Positions 9,757-21,404 are shown, numbered from the stretch's first letter. The stretch is DNA of 64,000 bases from an uncultured Gemmatimonadales bacterium (GCA_963809895.1 CAWELD010000003.1:2816001-2880000); one strand, 5' to 3'. A program made the numbers and translations. Notes: generated from the letters alone by a model not told the origin.

Positions 9757-10989
9757 ATGCGCCACTCCACAGCGAGATCCTCCCTATCGATCCTGTTCCT
9801 GGTCTGCATGGCCGCGGCATCCGTATCGTCGGTGGCAGCCCAGGAGTGTCCCGTGTCGGGAGACCTCGAGCTCCCCGACAGCCAGGATCGGTGGGACTGC
9901 ACGATCACGGGCTTCATCGGCTGGCTCCAGTCGCCGGGCATCGATCTAGACGCGCGCCTGGGACGCAAACGCGGCGGGACCCTCGGTGCCCCCACCGGCG
10001 ACGGTTACTTCCGCTACGGACTGCCCGTCACCGTGTCCGGCTCGGGGCCCATCGAGGTGATCATCAAGCTGCGCGAGACGACGAATGACGATGTCCCGGG
10101 CGGATACGAGTTGGGCATCGCCGAGGAGGAGTCCCCCCAGGCGCCGAATCGCGTGGGAACGCTCTACCGCGCGCTCCTCTACGACCCCGACGCCCATGAG
10201 ATCGGTCTCCATTACTTCGTGCGGGGCGCCACGCCGGAAGACGTGATGGCGTACGAGAAGGACCACGACTTCGACCTGAGGATCCTCCTTCGCCGCGTGC
10301 CGCGGTACTGCTCCATGTGGGCGCGGGTGTCGGGAGACGTCAACGGCGCCTTCTACGGCGACGTGGCCTACTACAACTTCGCCGTCGACGGCGTCCTCGT
10401 GGACAAGGAGATGCTGCGGGCCCTCGGCCAATTGGGAATCACCACCGATTCGGAAGGAGAGGACAGCTTCGCCGCCTTCCTGCAGCGGGAGATGGGCGGG
10501 ACCGACAACTTCGCCCTGTCGCTGCGGGACCTCAAAGTGGATCAGGAGTTCGACACGGTGTCGTCGTCCGCCGATCCCGGGGTGGAGCTCTTCGGGTTCG
10601 GAGACGAGAAAAACCAGGACGTCCTGCGCCAGGTCGCCGGCATGCTCAACGGTCAGTTCGCGCTGGGCCTGAGCGGGGTGGTCACCGAGTCCACCGACAA
10701 GGAAGGAAAAGTCACGCGCTCGGCCCAGATCAGCGACCTCAGAGCCACCGTGGGCGCCGTCGCCGGGGGCGACCGCATTCCATTCGAGCTCATCCCAGGC
10801 AAGTCGTCGGCCACGCTCACGCTGCTGCAGCATCCCTCGCCCGACCTGGTCTGGGGCACCTTTGTGGGCGACCTCTACACCGACGGTGAATACACGCTGC
10901 CCACCGTCCCCGACCCTCGGCAACTCCACGTCCACGTCGAGGCCAACTTCACCGCCCTGGAGGGTCAGGCCACCTGCGTCAAACGGTAG
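9757..10989 (+). CDS. Hypothetical secreted protein (about 410 aa)
   Basis: AAGGAG SD, signal peptide ending VAA-Q, genome-like codon usage; no family recognised. Confidence 0.75.
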   Translation: MRHSTARSSLSILFLVCMAAASVSSVAAQECPVSGDLELPDSQDRWDCTITGFIGWLQSPGIDLDARLGRKRGGTLGAPTGDGYFRYGLPVTVSGSGPIEVIIKLRETTNDDVPGGYELGIAEEESPQAPNRVGTLYRALLYDPDAHEIGLHYFVRGATPEDVMAYEKDHDFDLRILLRRVPRYCSMWARVSGDVNGAFYGDVAYYNFAVDGVLVDKEMLRALGQLGITTDSEGEDSFAAFLQREMGGTDNFALSLRDLKVDQEFDTVSSSADPGVELFGFGDEKNQDVLRQVAGMLNGQFALGLSGVVTESTDKEGKVTRSAQISDLRATVGAVAGGDRIPFELIPGKSSATLTLLQHPSPDLVWGTFVGDLYTDGEYTLPTVPDPRQLHVHVEANFTALEGQATCVKR

Positions 10990-11019
10990 GGGACGCTGGG
11001 CGTCGGCGCCCCGCGTCTC
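10990..11019. terminator. Hairpin between convergent genes
   Basis: GGGACGC/GCGTCTC stem with inner GGGCG/CGCCC. Confidence 0.5.
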
Positions 11020-11022
11020 AGC

Positions 11023-12873
<1,851 letters not shown>

Positions 12874-12948
12874 TCACTGGATCCCGACCCACCGGCCGGA
12901 GCCCCCCGGGGATGATGTCCGAAGGTCCGCGAACCGTCCCCACGTGTC

Positions 12949-12980
12949 AACGCCCCCCGGGCGGCTGCCCGGGAGGCGTT
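12949..12980 (-). terminator. Hairpin after lipoprotein 13006, abutting a TTGACA -35 for thiC (12945-12950)
   Basis: AACGCCCCCCGGGC-GGCT-GCCCGGGAGGCGTT. Confidence 0.55.
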
Positions 12981-13005
12981 CGACCTCGTGTCCGACGCCC
13001 CCGCT

Positions 13006-13488
13006 TCAGGGTCCGCCGGCGCCGTCGGAGCTCAGGAGCTTGATCTGGTTCAGGCGCGCGTCCCACGACACCACCCAGCCGGCCTTCAGCGTGAAGACCT
13101 GTGAGCGCTGGGGCTTCACCTGGTTGTTGTAGCTGCCCTGGCCGGACATGTAGCCCGCGGTGCCGTCCGCCGGATCCAACCGGTCCGAGCTCGGGCGCTC
13201 GACCAGGATCTGGTACTCACCGCTGATGACGGTGCGCCGGAAGCAGTAGCGCTCCTCACGGCCCATGGGGACGTTCCCGATGCGCATGCGCTCGCGCGTG
13301 CTGGTCAGGAGGAAGACGCGCTCCGCGGGCCCGCCACCCTGCCGGTTGTTGATGATCACGCAGGCCTGAGGCGCATTGGGATCGTCGACCTGCTGTGCTT
13401 CCTGCCCTCCCCCGGACGCGCTGGCACACCCGGCCACCAGCAATCCTCCACACGCCATCACCGCACCGAACATCGTCCGAATCCTCAT
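13006..13488 (-). CDS. Hypothetical lipoprotein, paralog of 13610..14086
   Basis: VAGC lipobox; shared blocks DPNAPQACV, RIGxVxxGR..R(Y/F)C, PSxDRxDPA. Confidence 0.8.
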   Translation of the reverse strand: MRIRTMFGAVMACGGLLVAGCASASGGGQEAQQVDDPNAPQACVIINNRQGGGPAERVFLLTSTRERMRIGNVPMGREERYCFRRTVISGEYQILVERPSSDRLDPADGTAGYMSGQGSYNNQVKPQRSQVFTLKAGWVVSWDARLNQIKLLSSDGAGGP

Positions 13489-13546
13489 CACACACCCCTC
13501 CCAAGAAGGTTGAAGATCAGGGGGGGCGATCCACAGTCGTAGAATA

Positions 13547-13574
13547 ACAGATACGCAGCTTCCGCGCCAGACTC
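13547..13574 (-). promoter_or_regulatory. Shared ECF-like promoter motif, copy 1
   Basis: GAGTC-N14-CGTATCTGT. Confidence 0.45.
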
Positions 13575-13609
13575 TCGCCGAAACCGCACGGGCAGGGGCC
13601 GACCGCCGG

Positions 13610-14086
13610 TCAACAATCGCCGCCGCCGCGCCCGGCCTCGGGCTGGCAGGTGATCCGGTCCTGGCTCACGTGATAGGTGACCTCGTCCCACGCCTCGAGC
13701 CGGAAGGTCTCGGAGGCCCGGACCGGTGGCTGTGTCTGGCGGGCCGCCGGGTCCATGCGATCGGCGCTGGGCTCCTCGATGGACACGAGATAGGTCCCTG
13801 GCAGCGTGAGATTCTGCGTGCAGAATCGCTGGCTCCGACCGGTGCCCACCTGTCCGATGCGGATGCGCCGGCGCCGCTGCAGCTCGGTGCGCAGATCCCG
13901 CTGACTCATGGTGCGCACGCCGCTGATGCCCGACGCCTCGACCAGGTAGACCCGGCCCAGGGCGCCTCCGCCGCTGGAGTTGTCCACGACGACGCACGCC
14001 TGCGGTGCGTTGGGGTCGGCCGGCGCGGATGCGCACGCGGCGGCGAGGGCGGTGACACTCGCCACGACGACGAGATGGCGGAGCAT
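13610..14086 (-). CDS. Hypothetical lipoprotein, paralog of 13006..13488
   Basis: GGAGG SD, start MLRHLV, LAAAC lipobox, same conserved blocks. Confidence 0.8.
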   Translation of the reverse strand: MLRHLVVVASVTALAAACASAPADPNAPQACVVVDNSSGGGALGRVYLVEASGISGVRTMSQRDLRTELQRRRRIRIGQVGTGRSQRFCTQNLTLPGTYLVSIEEPSADRMDPAARQTQPPVRASETFRLEAWDEVTYHVSQDRITCQPEAGRGGGDC

Positions 14087-14122
14087 TGTGAATGCCTCCA
14101 GAATTGGGGGGATGATGCGCTT

Positions 14123-14150
14123 ACGGATACGTCGGCCGGCCGCAGGATTC
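14123..14150 (-). promoter_or_regulatory. Shared ECF-like promoter motif, copy 2
   Basis: GAATC-N14-CGTATCCGT. Confidence 0.45.
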
Positions 14151-14171
14151 AACCCCGCCCGCCGAAGCGGC

Positions 14172-15431
14172 TCAGAAGTAGAGCGACACCCGCAGGTACC
14201 CCAGGTCGCCATACGTCCCGAACTCGCTCCGCAAGCGCGGCAGCGGCGACGCAGCCTGCGCAAGCGGCGGGTCTCCCAGCCCCATCACCCCGCCAACGCT
14301 CACGCGGGCGCTCTGGCCCAGGTCGTAGGTGGCCGTCGGTGACACCGCCGCGCTGCCGTCGTCCAGGTTGAGCAGCACGCTACCGGTGACGTTGAGGCGG
14401 CTCTCGGCGTCGACGGTCCACGAGGCCACCCCGCCGGCGTACCAGCGCCCCAGGTAGTAGCTCTCACCCCGGGCCAGCGTCGACGACAGGAGCTGCGTCA
14501 CGTACGTGGCCGGATCGCGAGCCCCTGGCCCGTTGAAGTGGAGCTCGCCGGAAAGGAGGAGCCGGGCGCCGATGCGATCCACGCCCAGCGTGACCCGGGG
14601 GTCCAACGTCTCGTCCCGGTCCAGGTCCCGCGGCAGCGCGGCTTCGGCCCTGAGCTTCGTCTGGTCGCCGAGGAGGGTCAGGCCGCCGAGCACCATGGCC
14701 TCGTTCCAGAACTTGCCGGCTCCGGCCCACACCTCCGCCTGCGCCAGGCTCCAGGTGGCTCGAACTCCGGCCGAAAGGGCGTCGCTGCCTCCGCGATCCG
14801 CCGCCACCGCATCCAGCTCGATTCCTCGCGCGGGGTAGGCGAGCACCCGCACGGCGTCCACGCCCGGACGCTCCTCGGTGTCGAGCTCGAACGGGCTGAA
14901 GGCGGCCCACACCTCGGCCACCGGAAAGAGCGACGACGTGCCCCAGGAGACGGCCTGCCGACCGAGGGTGACGTCGGCCGCTCCCACGGGAACCGTGACG
15001 GCGAGCCGGTCCACGTCGTGCACGACGCCCAGTCGCTCCTCGTCCACCCAGGTGCTCGACAGGTCCAACGCTCGCCCCGGTGTGGCGCTCACACCGAAGC
15101 CCGCCACGGCGCTGGTGCCCTCCGTGGTGAGCGTCGCCAGGATGCGGTCGTGCACCTCCAGCACGGCGGCATCGCCGAACGACGCGGTCCACTTCAGGCG
15201 GGTGACGGCGCCGTGGATCCCCGCCAGACCGGACCCGGAGCCCGTGGGGAACGCGGGGTCGTGGATCGCCGTCAGCGTGCGCACGTAGCCCGTGAGATCC
15301 AGGCTGAAGCGCTCCCCGTGCACGAGCTCGATCTGCGCCGCGAGGTCGGTGGGGAGAAGCGCCCATCCCAGTGCCACCCCGAGCGCGAGCACGGGCGATG
15401 CGACGGGGATGCCCAGACGGGTGTTCTTCAT
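14172..15431 (-). CDS. Putative outer-membrane beta-barrel protein
   Basis: Signal peptide, alternating beta-strand pattern, TLGRQAVSWG motif, C-terminal YLRVSLYF; ATGA overlap with the ATPase. Confidence 0.75.
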   Translation of the reverse strand: MKNTRLGIPVASPVLALGVALGWALLPTDLAAQIELVHGERFSLDLTGYVRTLTAIHDPAFPTGSGSGLAGIHGAVTRLKWTASFGDAAVLEVHDRILATLTTEGTSAVAGFGVSATPGRALDLSSTWVDEERLGVVHDVDRLAVTVPVGAADVTLGRQAVSWGTSSLFPVAEVWAAFSPFELDTEERPGVDAVRVLAYPARGIELDAVAADRGGSDALSAGVRATWSLAQAEVWAGAGKFWNEAMVLGGLTLLGDQTKLRAEAALPRDLDRDETLDPRVTLGVDRIGARLLLSGELHFNGPGARDPATYVTQLLSSTLARGESYYLGRWYAGGVASWTVDAESRLNVTGSVLLNLDDGSAAVSPTATYDLGQSARVSVGGVMGLGDPPLAQAASPLPRLRSEFGTYGDLGYLRVSLYF

Positions 15432-16168
15432 GGCGGCCCGGGATCTTCCGAAACCCTGCCGTCCAGCATGCGGATGACCCGCCGCGCTCGCTCGAGAACG
15501 AAGCGGTCGTGGGTCGCGAACAGAAAGGTCGTGCCGAGCTCCTTGTTGAGCTCCAGCATGAGGTCCAGCAGCGCGCCGGAGGCGGCAGAGTCCAGGTTGG
15601 CCGTGGGCTCGTCGGCCAGGACGATGCGGGGCTTGGTGGCCAGCGCGCGCACCACCGCCACCCGCTGCTGCTGTCCCCCCGAGAGCTCGTGGGGGCGCCG
15701 GTCCATCATCTCGGCGATGCCCACCTGCTCCAGGAGCGGCACCACCCGCTCACGGCGGGCAGCGGCGGGCATCCCCCGGAGCAACAGGGTGAACTCGGCG
15801 TTCTCGTACGCCGTCAGCACGGGCACGAGGTTGTAGGCCTGGAAGATGAAGCCGACGTGGTCCAGGCGGAAATCGGCCGCCGGTCCCTTGCCCAGCGTCG
15901 ACACGTCGGTGCCGGCGATCAGCACCCGGCCGGACGTGGGATGGTCCAGGGCCCCGATGAGGTTGAGGAGCGTGGTCTTGCCGCACCCCGACGGGCCTGC
16001 CACGGCGGCGAACTCGCCGTTGTGGAGCTCCAGGTCCACGCCGCGAAGGGCGTGCACCTCCAGCTCGCCCTGCTGGAAGACCTTGGTGACCCCCTCGGCG
16101 ACGATGAGATCGTCCGGGTCGAGCACGGGCGCTGTCGCTCCGGCGCCGGACTCCATGGGCTCCTCCAT
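15428..16168 (-). CDS. ABC ATP-binding protein (LolD/MacB type)
   Basis: GPSGCGKT, LSGGQQQR, LADEPTANLD; AGGAGG SD. Confidence 0.95.
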   Translation of the reverse strand: MEEPMESGAGATAPVLDPDDLIVAEGVTKVFQQGELEVHALRGVDLELHNGEFAAVAGPSGCGKTTLLNLIGALDHPTSGRVLIAGTDVSTLGKGPAADFRLDHVGFIFQAYNLVPVLTAYENAEFTLLLRGMPAAARRERVVPLLEQVGIAEMMDRRPHELSGGQQQRVAVVRALATKPRIVLADEPTANLDSAASGALLDLMLELNKELGTTFLFATHDRFVLERARRVIRMLDGRVSEDPGPP

Positions 16169-16178
16169 CGCGTGCCTC

Positions 16179-17423
16179 CTACTCGTAGAATCGCATGGCT
16201 TCGGCCGGGGCCAGACGGGCAGCCCGCAAGGCCGGGTAGACCGCGCTCGCAACCGTGGAGACCGCCACGAGTCCGCTGGCCACCAGCCACTTGAACGGTA
16301 CGATCTCGCTGCGCATGACCATGTTGGAGATGTCCACGCCCGAGAGATCCATGTTGTCGACGCCGAAGAGGGCTACGGGCACACCCCAGCGCGCCAGCGC
16401 CAGGTGGATCCCCAGCGCCAGGACCAGGCCGACGATCATGGAGCCGCCGGTCAACAGCGTGGTCTCCGCCAGGATCAGACGCGCGATCCGGGACCCCCGG
16501 AGCCCCAGGGCGTTCAAGAGCCCCAGCTCACGAATGCGCTCCATGACCGCCACCAGGAAAGTGTTGGCGATGGCGAAGATCACGACGAGATAGATGATGA
16601 CGCCGTAGACGTACAGAAACGCGTTGTCGATCTGGATGAAGCCCACCATCTCCGGGAGCGCCGTCCGCCAGGTGAGAACCTCGAGCTCGCGGGCACGCTC
16701 ACCGAGCGCCTGCAGGACTGCGGCCCTGGCGGCGTCAACATCCACGCCGGAGCGCGTGAGTAGCCCCACCTGGGTCAATTGATCGCCGATCCCCAGCGCC
16801 TCGCGGGCCGCATCGATGGTCGTGTAGGCGACCGTCTCGTCCAGATCCGCTCTCCCGGACTGGATGATGCCAGCCACGTGAAAAAGCGCCCGCGCGAGCT
16901 CCCCGTCCGGTCCGGAAGCCGTCAGCACGATGCGGTCCCCCGGCTTCACTTCGAGCTCCTTGGCCACCGGCCGGCCCAGCAGCACCGGTGAGCGCACCGT
17001 GGCGTCCTCGAGCCGGCTGCCCTCGACGACGTGCTCGGAGATGTCGCGCAGGGCTACCTCGCGAACGGGATCCACCCCCATGAGTTGAACCGGGCGGTTG
17101 CCGCGCGCGGTGGACAGGAGTCCATTCACCAGCACGCGCGGTAGCGCAGCGCGGATCTCCGGCACCGCCGACAGCGTCTCCACCACCGAAGACGCATCGT
17201 TGATGAGGAGGTCACCGGTGCGGCGTTCCCAGTACCCCCGAGCGTGCACCAGGACCTCGCCGCCCGCACCCTCCACCGCCGCGTCCAGCATCTGGCGATG
17301 CTCGTCGTCACCGAGGCCCATGGACGCCAGCAGGAGCGCGTAGCTCAAGATGATGGCCGATGCCAGGATCAAGGTTCGGCCCCGGTGCCGCCACAGGTTG
17401 CGCCACGCCATCCGCCAGAGCAT
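16179..17423 (-). CDS. FtsX/LolE-like ABC permease
   Basis: MAWRNLWRH..RT start, large periplasmic loop, ERIRELGLLNALG. Confidence 0.92.
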   Translation of the reverse strand: MLWRMAWRNLWRHRGRTLILASAIILSYALLLASMGLGDDEHRQMLDAAVEGAGGEVLVHARGYWERRTGDLLINDASSVVETLSAVPEIRAALPRVLVNGLLSTARGNRPVQLMGVDPVREVALRDISEHVVEGSRLEDATVRSPVLLGRPVAKELEVKPGDRIVLTASGPDGELARALFHVAGIIQSGRADLDETVAYTTIDAAREALGIGDQLTQVGLLTRSGVDVDAARAAVLQALGERARELEVLTWRTALPEMVGFIQIDNAFLYVYGVIIYLVVIFAIANTFLVAVMERIRELGLLNALGLRGSRIARLILAETTLLTGGSMIVGLVLALGIHLALARWGVPVALFGVDNMDLSGVDISNMVMRSEIVPFKWLVASGLVAVSTVASAVYPALRAARLAPAEAMRFYE

Positions 17424-18739
17424 CAGGTCCTCCCCGCCAACGTGCGCGCCGGATCGAGGCGCGCCGCCGTCCAGGCCGGCCACAGACCACTCGCCACGGC
17501 CACGACCAGCATGACGATTACCGGCTGCGCCACGGCCCCGACGCTGAGCTGGGCGTAGAGCCGGTCCGAGAAAGCGACGCCCATCCAGGTGAACGAGTCC
17601 TGGTCGGTGAACAACGCCAGATTCAGCCCGGCCGTCTGGTGGTACCACGTCACCCCGGCACCCAGGACTGCGCCCAGGACGGCGCCCGCCAGGCCCAACA
17701 CGGCCGCCTCGGTCAGCAGCGTTCGGAACAGCCGTCGCGGCCGCATGCCGATCGCCACCAGCATTCCGAACTCCCGCCTGCGTTCCAGCGCACTCATGCG
17801 CTGCGTATTGAGGATACCCACCGCGGCCACGAGGTAGATGAGCAGATACATGGACCAGTAGCTCTGGCGACTCACGGCGAGAACCTGGCTCAGGCTGGGG
17901 AGGATTTCCTGCCACGTGCGGACGACCACACGATCCTCGGCGACCCCGGTGGTGTCGCGGACGGCGCCCAGGGCTGCAGCCACGCTCGATGCCACCCGGG
18001 GAGCCTCGGTGCGCTCCCCCGTCTTCACGAGAATGGCGTTGGCCTTCCCGTCCAGGGCCGCCAGGTAGCGGGCGTCGTCCAGGTTCAGATAGACATCGCC
18101 CCGATCCACCGCCGAGTTGCCGGTGCGCACGATGCCCACGACCTGCAGGAGGTCGTTCCCCAGCGATCCGTCCGCGGCCTCAGCGAAAACCACCAGCTCC
18201 GCCCCGGGACCCACCTCCAACTGGCGCGCCAGACCTTCACCCAGCACCACCTCCCGGGGCTCCCCCAGGGGCGCGGCCGCCTCCGTCAGCCAGCGACCCT
18301 CGGTGACGGCGTCGGGCAAGGGCGTGGCCCGGGCTTCCAGGTCGGGGTCCACACCGACGATGCGCGCCACTTGCGAGCGCCGTTCATGCCCGATCAACCC
18401 GTAGAGCTGTACCCGCGGCGAGGCTGCTTCGACGCCGGGGACGCTGTCGATCTTCGCCAGAAGTGCCGCATCCACGTCCAGCGCCTCGTAGGGCCTGGGC
18501 TTCTCGGCCCAGCCCACGGTCTGCACCTGGAGCTGGCCCGTGTCCACCGCCGTGGCCCCACGGACCATCTCCGCGAGCCACCCTTCGATGAAGCCCAGGG
18601 ACCAGACCATCAACCCCACCGACAATGCGATCCCGGCCAGCGTCAGGGCCGTGCGCCACCGGTGGCGGGACAGGTTGCGCACACCGAGCCTCACGGCCAG
18701 ACCCACACTCGCGGTCCGGGCTCTCGCTTTCCGAGCCAT
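17423..18739 (-). CDS. FtsX/LolC-like ABC permease
   Basis: RNLSRHRWRT, ERRREFGMLVAIG, PAWTAARLDP. Confidence 0.92.
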   Translation of the reverse strand: MARKARARTASVGLAVRLGVRNLSRHRWRTALTLAGIALSVGLMVWSLGFIEGWLAEMVRGATAVDTGQLQVQTVGWAEKPRPYEALDVDAALLAKIDSVPGVEAASPRVQLYGLIGHERRSQVARIVGVDPDLEARATPLPDAVTEGRWLTEAAAPLGEPREVVLGEGLARQLEVGPGAELVVFAEAADGSLGNDLLQVVGIVRTGNSAVDRGDVYLNLDDARYLAALDGKANAILVKTGERTEAPRVASSVAAALGAVRDTTGVAEDRVVVRTWQEILPSLSQVLAVSRQSYWSMYLLIYLVAAVGILNTQRMSALERRREFGMLVAIGMRPRRLFRTLLTEAAVLGLAGAVLGAVLGAGVTWYHQTAGLNLALFTDQDSFTWMGVAFSDRLYAQLSVGAVAQPVIVMLVVAVASGLWPAWTAARLDPARTLAGRT

Positions 18740-18741
18740 CG

Positions 18742-19515
18742 TCAGCCCCGGGCCACCCGCCGAAGGCCACGCCTGGTGAAAAGCTCCGGATCGACGTGGA
18801 GGTCCAACTCCATCTCCGTATAGGTGATCTCGGTGCGCTCGTCCGGGGCGTCGGAAGGCACCAGGACCAGGTGCATGGGGAGCCTCCGTCCCGACACCGC
18901 CTGCACGTCGTCGTAGCGCATGGTTCGGACGATGTCGTCGCCGTCGTAGTAGTCGGCCCGCAGGGGCACCCAATCGTCGGCGGTGAGGAAGAACTCCAGC
19001 TTCGTGTAGACGACCGGTGCCTCGGGTCGGGGAGTCAGCGTGAGCCTGAGAAGGCGCTGCCCGTTCTCCTCCACCCACGACGGCGCGGCCTCGTAGTCCT
19101 CCCGGTACGACGTCTCCCGCAAAAGGTCGTCGTTGGTGAAGTGGCTCCCCATCCAGCTCTCCGACAGCAGCCCCGAGGGAATGCGGATGAGCCGGTCGGC
19201 CCGGGGTGCGTAGTTCCAGAGCCCGTCGTCGGTCATGAGAGTGGCGGTGCCGGCTTCCCGCGCCGGTGCCCGGATCACCACCAGGGCGTCGTCGAGGCCC
19301 CGCGACCAGCTCTCCAGCGTGAGCTCACGCGTGCCCCGCTCGCGCACCACCGTCATGGTCATGACGGCGTGCGACGACTGGGCGCGATAGAGGTCGTCCA
19401 GATGGTCCAGGACGCTGTCCACGTCCGGGAGATCCTGGGCGGCGAGCCTCCCTGCGGCAGGCGCGGCGACCACCAGGGCGCACAGCACCGTGACGAATCC
19501 TCGCCTCACCTTCAT
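18742..19515 (-). CDS. LolA-like outer-membrane lipoprotein-sorting protein
   Basis: Signal peptide; PAREAGTATL, LWNYAP, SWMGSHFTNDDL motifs typical of the LolA-like family. Confidence 0.85.
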   Translation of the reverse strand: MKVRRGFVTVLCALVVAAPAAGRLAAQDLPDVDSVLDHLDDLYRAQSSHAVMTMTVVRERGTRELTLESWSRGLDDALVVIRAPAREAGTATLMTDDGLWNYAPRADRLIRIPSGLLSESWMGSHFTNDDLLRETSYREDYEAAPSWVEENGQRLLRLTLTPRPEAPVVYTKLEFFLTADDWVPLRADYYDGDDIVRTMRYDDVQAVSGRRLPMHLVLVPSDAPDERTEITYTEMELDLHVDPELFTRRGLRRVARG

Positions 19516-19517
19516 GG

Positions 19518-20186
19518 TCAATTCCCCCATCCCTGATGGTTCGCGTCCAGAAGGTCGCGCAACAGGTCCACGGTCAGGTCTCGCAGGCGCATCAACTCCT
19601 CGTCATCCAGCTCGTCGGCCCGCTCCACCAACCATCGGTCGGTGGCTTCGTCGACGGCCACGAAGCACTCCACGAGGAGATCTCTGGGTGCGTCGGTGCG
19701 GATCAGCCCCAACGCCTGACCGCGATCCACGAAGGCCCGCCCCATGCCTCGAAAGAGGTCCATGACGCCTTCGCTGGCGCCGCGAGCCTCGGGCTCGGCG
19801 CGCAGTCGGTGATAGCGGCGGGCGAGACGCACGAACCAGGCATCGCTGCGCAAGAGGTGGATGTGGTCGCGGCCCATGGCGCGCAGATGCTCCCAGAAGT
19901 CCGCTGCCTCCATCCCCTCGAGCCACTCCTGCATGGCGCCCTGGCCCTGACCCGGGAGACCGATGGCTTCCAGGAAGCGCAGAAAGGCCTGTTCCAGGGT
20001 GGTGGCGAACAGATCCGCCTTGTCCTCGAAATAGTAGTAGAGGACACCCTTGCTCAGGCCCGCGCTCTCGAGGATGCGGTTCACCGAGGCACCTGCGAAG
20101 CCACGGAGCTCGAATTCCTCCGCGGCGGCCGCGAGGATCTGCTCCTGACGCTCGACTTCGAGGTTTTCGAACCGGGGTCGTGCCAC
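19518..20186 (-). CDS. TetR/AcrR-family regulator
   Basis: N-terminal HTH: GFAGASVNRILESAGLSKGVLYYYFEDK. Confidence 0.93.
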   Translation of the reverse strand: MARPRFENLEVERQEQILAAAAEEFELRGFAGASVNRILESAGLSKGVLYYYFEDKADLFATTLEQAFLRFLEAIGLPGQGQGAMQEWLEGMEAADFWEHLRAMGRDHIHLLRSDAWFVRLARRYHRLRAEPEARGASEGVMDLFRGMGRAFVDRGQALGLIRTDAPRDLLVECFVAVDEATDRWLVERADELDDEELMRLRDLTVDLLRDLLDANHQGWGN

Positions 20187-20213
20187 GTCGTACCTTCCGG
20201 TCGGACTAAACGG

Positions 20214-20231
20214 TTAGACCGATTGGTCTAA
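20214..20231. promoter_or_regulatory. Probable TetR operator overlapping the minus-strand -10/+1 (TTGACC-N17-AAGATT)
   Basis: Palindrome TTAGACC-GATT-GGTCTAA. Confidence 0.7.
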
Positions 20232-20273
20232 TCTTCCCGAGCGGGGCCCCCGGGTCAAGCCCCCCAGGTGGGT

Positions 20274-21404
20274 TCAGTCGCCGAGGAGAGCCACGGCCTT
20301 CACACGCGCCTGGACCTTCTGGCCCTTGTGCAGCCCGAGGCGGGCGACCGAACGACGGGTGATTCGCGCCAGAACGTCGGGGCCGTCACCGGATCCCAGT
20401 CGCACCAGCACCTCACCCTGCGCGAAGGCTTCGAGGTCACGGACCTGCACGCGGAACTGGTTCAGCAGTGTCGATGCCAGTTCGGGCTCCAGCGCCAGGC
20501 TCACGTCCCGGGCCAGGATGCGCATCCGCACCCTGGTGCCGGGGAGCTGGTCGAGACGACGGACCCACAGCGTCCCCCACGGTCCGGCGAGCTCGGTGAG
20601 ATGGTCGGTATCGTCGTGCCCCCGCACTTCGGCCTCCACCACCACGCCCGCGTCCTCGCCGCGCCAGCGGGAGAAATCGTGGCGGGCCAGCACCTCGCCC
20701 AGCGCTCCCTGGGCCAGCACGCGTCCCTGGTCCAGCCAGATGACTCGCGTGGCCAGACGAACCACCTCGTCCAGCACGTGGGTCACGAAGACGATGGGTA
20801 CCGTGTACCGCTGAGGCAGGCGCTCGAGATAGGGCATGATCTCACGCCGGGCCACCTCGTCCAGCGCCGACAACGGCTCGTCCAGCAGCAGCACCCGCGG
20901 GCGACGCACCAGGGCACGGGCGAGCGCGACGCGCTGCCGCTCACCGCCGGACAGGCTCGCCGGGCGCCGCCCCAGAAGCGGTTCGAGGCCGAGCCAGGCG
21001 ATGACGTCGTCCCAACCGGGCCCGGCACCCGACGACCGGCGTCGTCCGAACTCGAGGTTGCCCTTCACCGTCCGGTGCGGGAGCAGGTTGGCCTCCTGAA
21101 AGACGTACCCCACGGCCCTCCGATGCGCGGGAAGGTCCACGCCACCCTCGGTGTCCAGCCAGACCTCGCTGCCCACGTTGAGCTTGCCCTCGACCCGCGG
21201 CTCGAGACCGGCCAGCGCACGCAGCAGGGTCGTCTTGCCCGAGCCCGAGCGCCCGAACAGCGCCGTGATGCCGGCGGGCACCTGCAGCTCGGCCCCCACC
21301 GAGAAGCCCCCGCGGTGGGCGCGCAGTCGACCCACCAGGACCCTCCCCTCGGGGGGCTCGTTGCGCACGGCCTCCGGCGCCCGTTCCCCGAGCCAGCCGA
21401 TCAC
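20274..21404 (-). CDS. modC: Molybdate ABC ATPase
   Basis: GRSGSGKT, LSGGERQR, C-terminal TOBE/Mop region; GTGA overlap with modB. Confidence 0.92.
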   Translation of the reverse strand: MIGWLGERAPEAVRNEPPEGRVLVGRLRAHRGGFSVGAELQVPAGITALFGRSGSGKTTLLRALAGLEPRVEGKLNVGSEVWLDTEGGVDLPAHRRAVGYVFQEANLLPHRTVKGNLEFGRRRSSGAGPGWDDVIAWLGLEPLLGRRPASLSGGERQRVALARALVRRPRVLLLDEPLSALDEVARREIMPYLERLPQRYTVPIVFVTHVLDEVVRLATRVIWLDQGRVLAQGALGEVLARHDFSRWRGEDAGVVVEAEVRGHDDTDHLTELAGPWGTLWVRRLDQLPGTRVRMRILARDVSLALEPELASTLLNQFRVQVRDLEAFAQGEVLVRLGSGDGPDVLARITRRSVARLGLHKGQKVQARVKAVALLGD

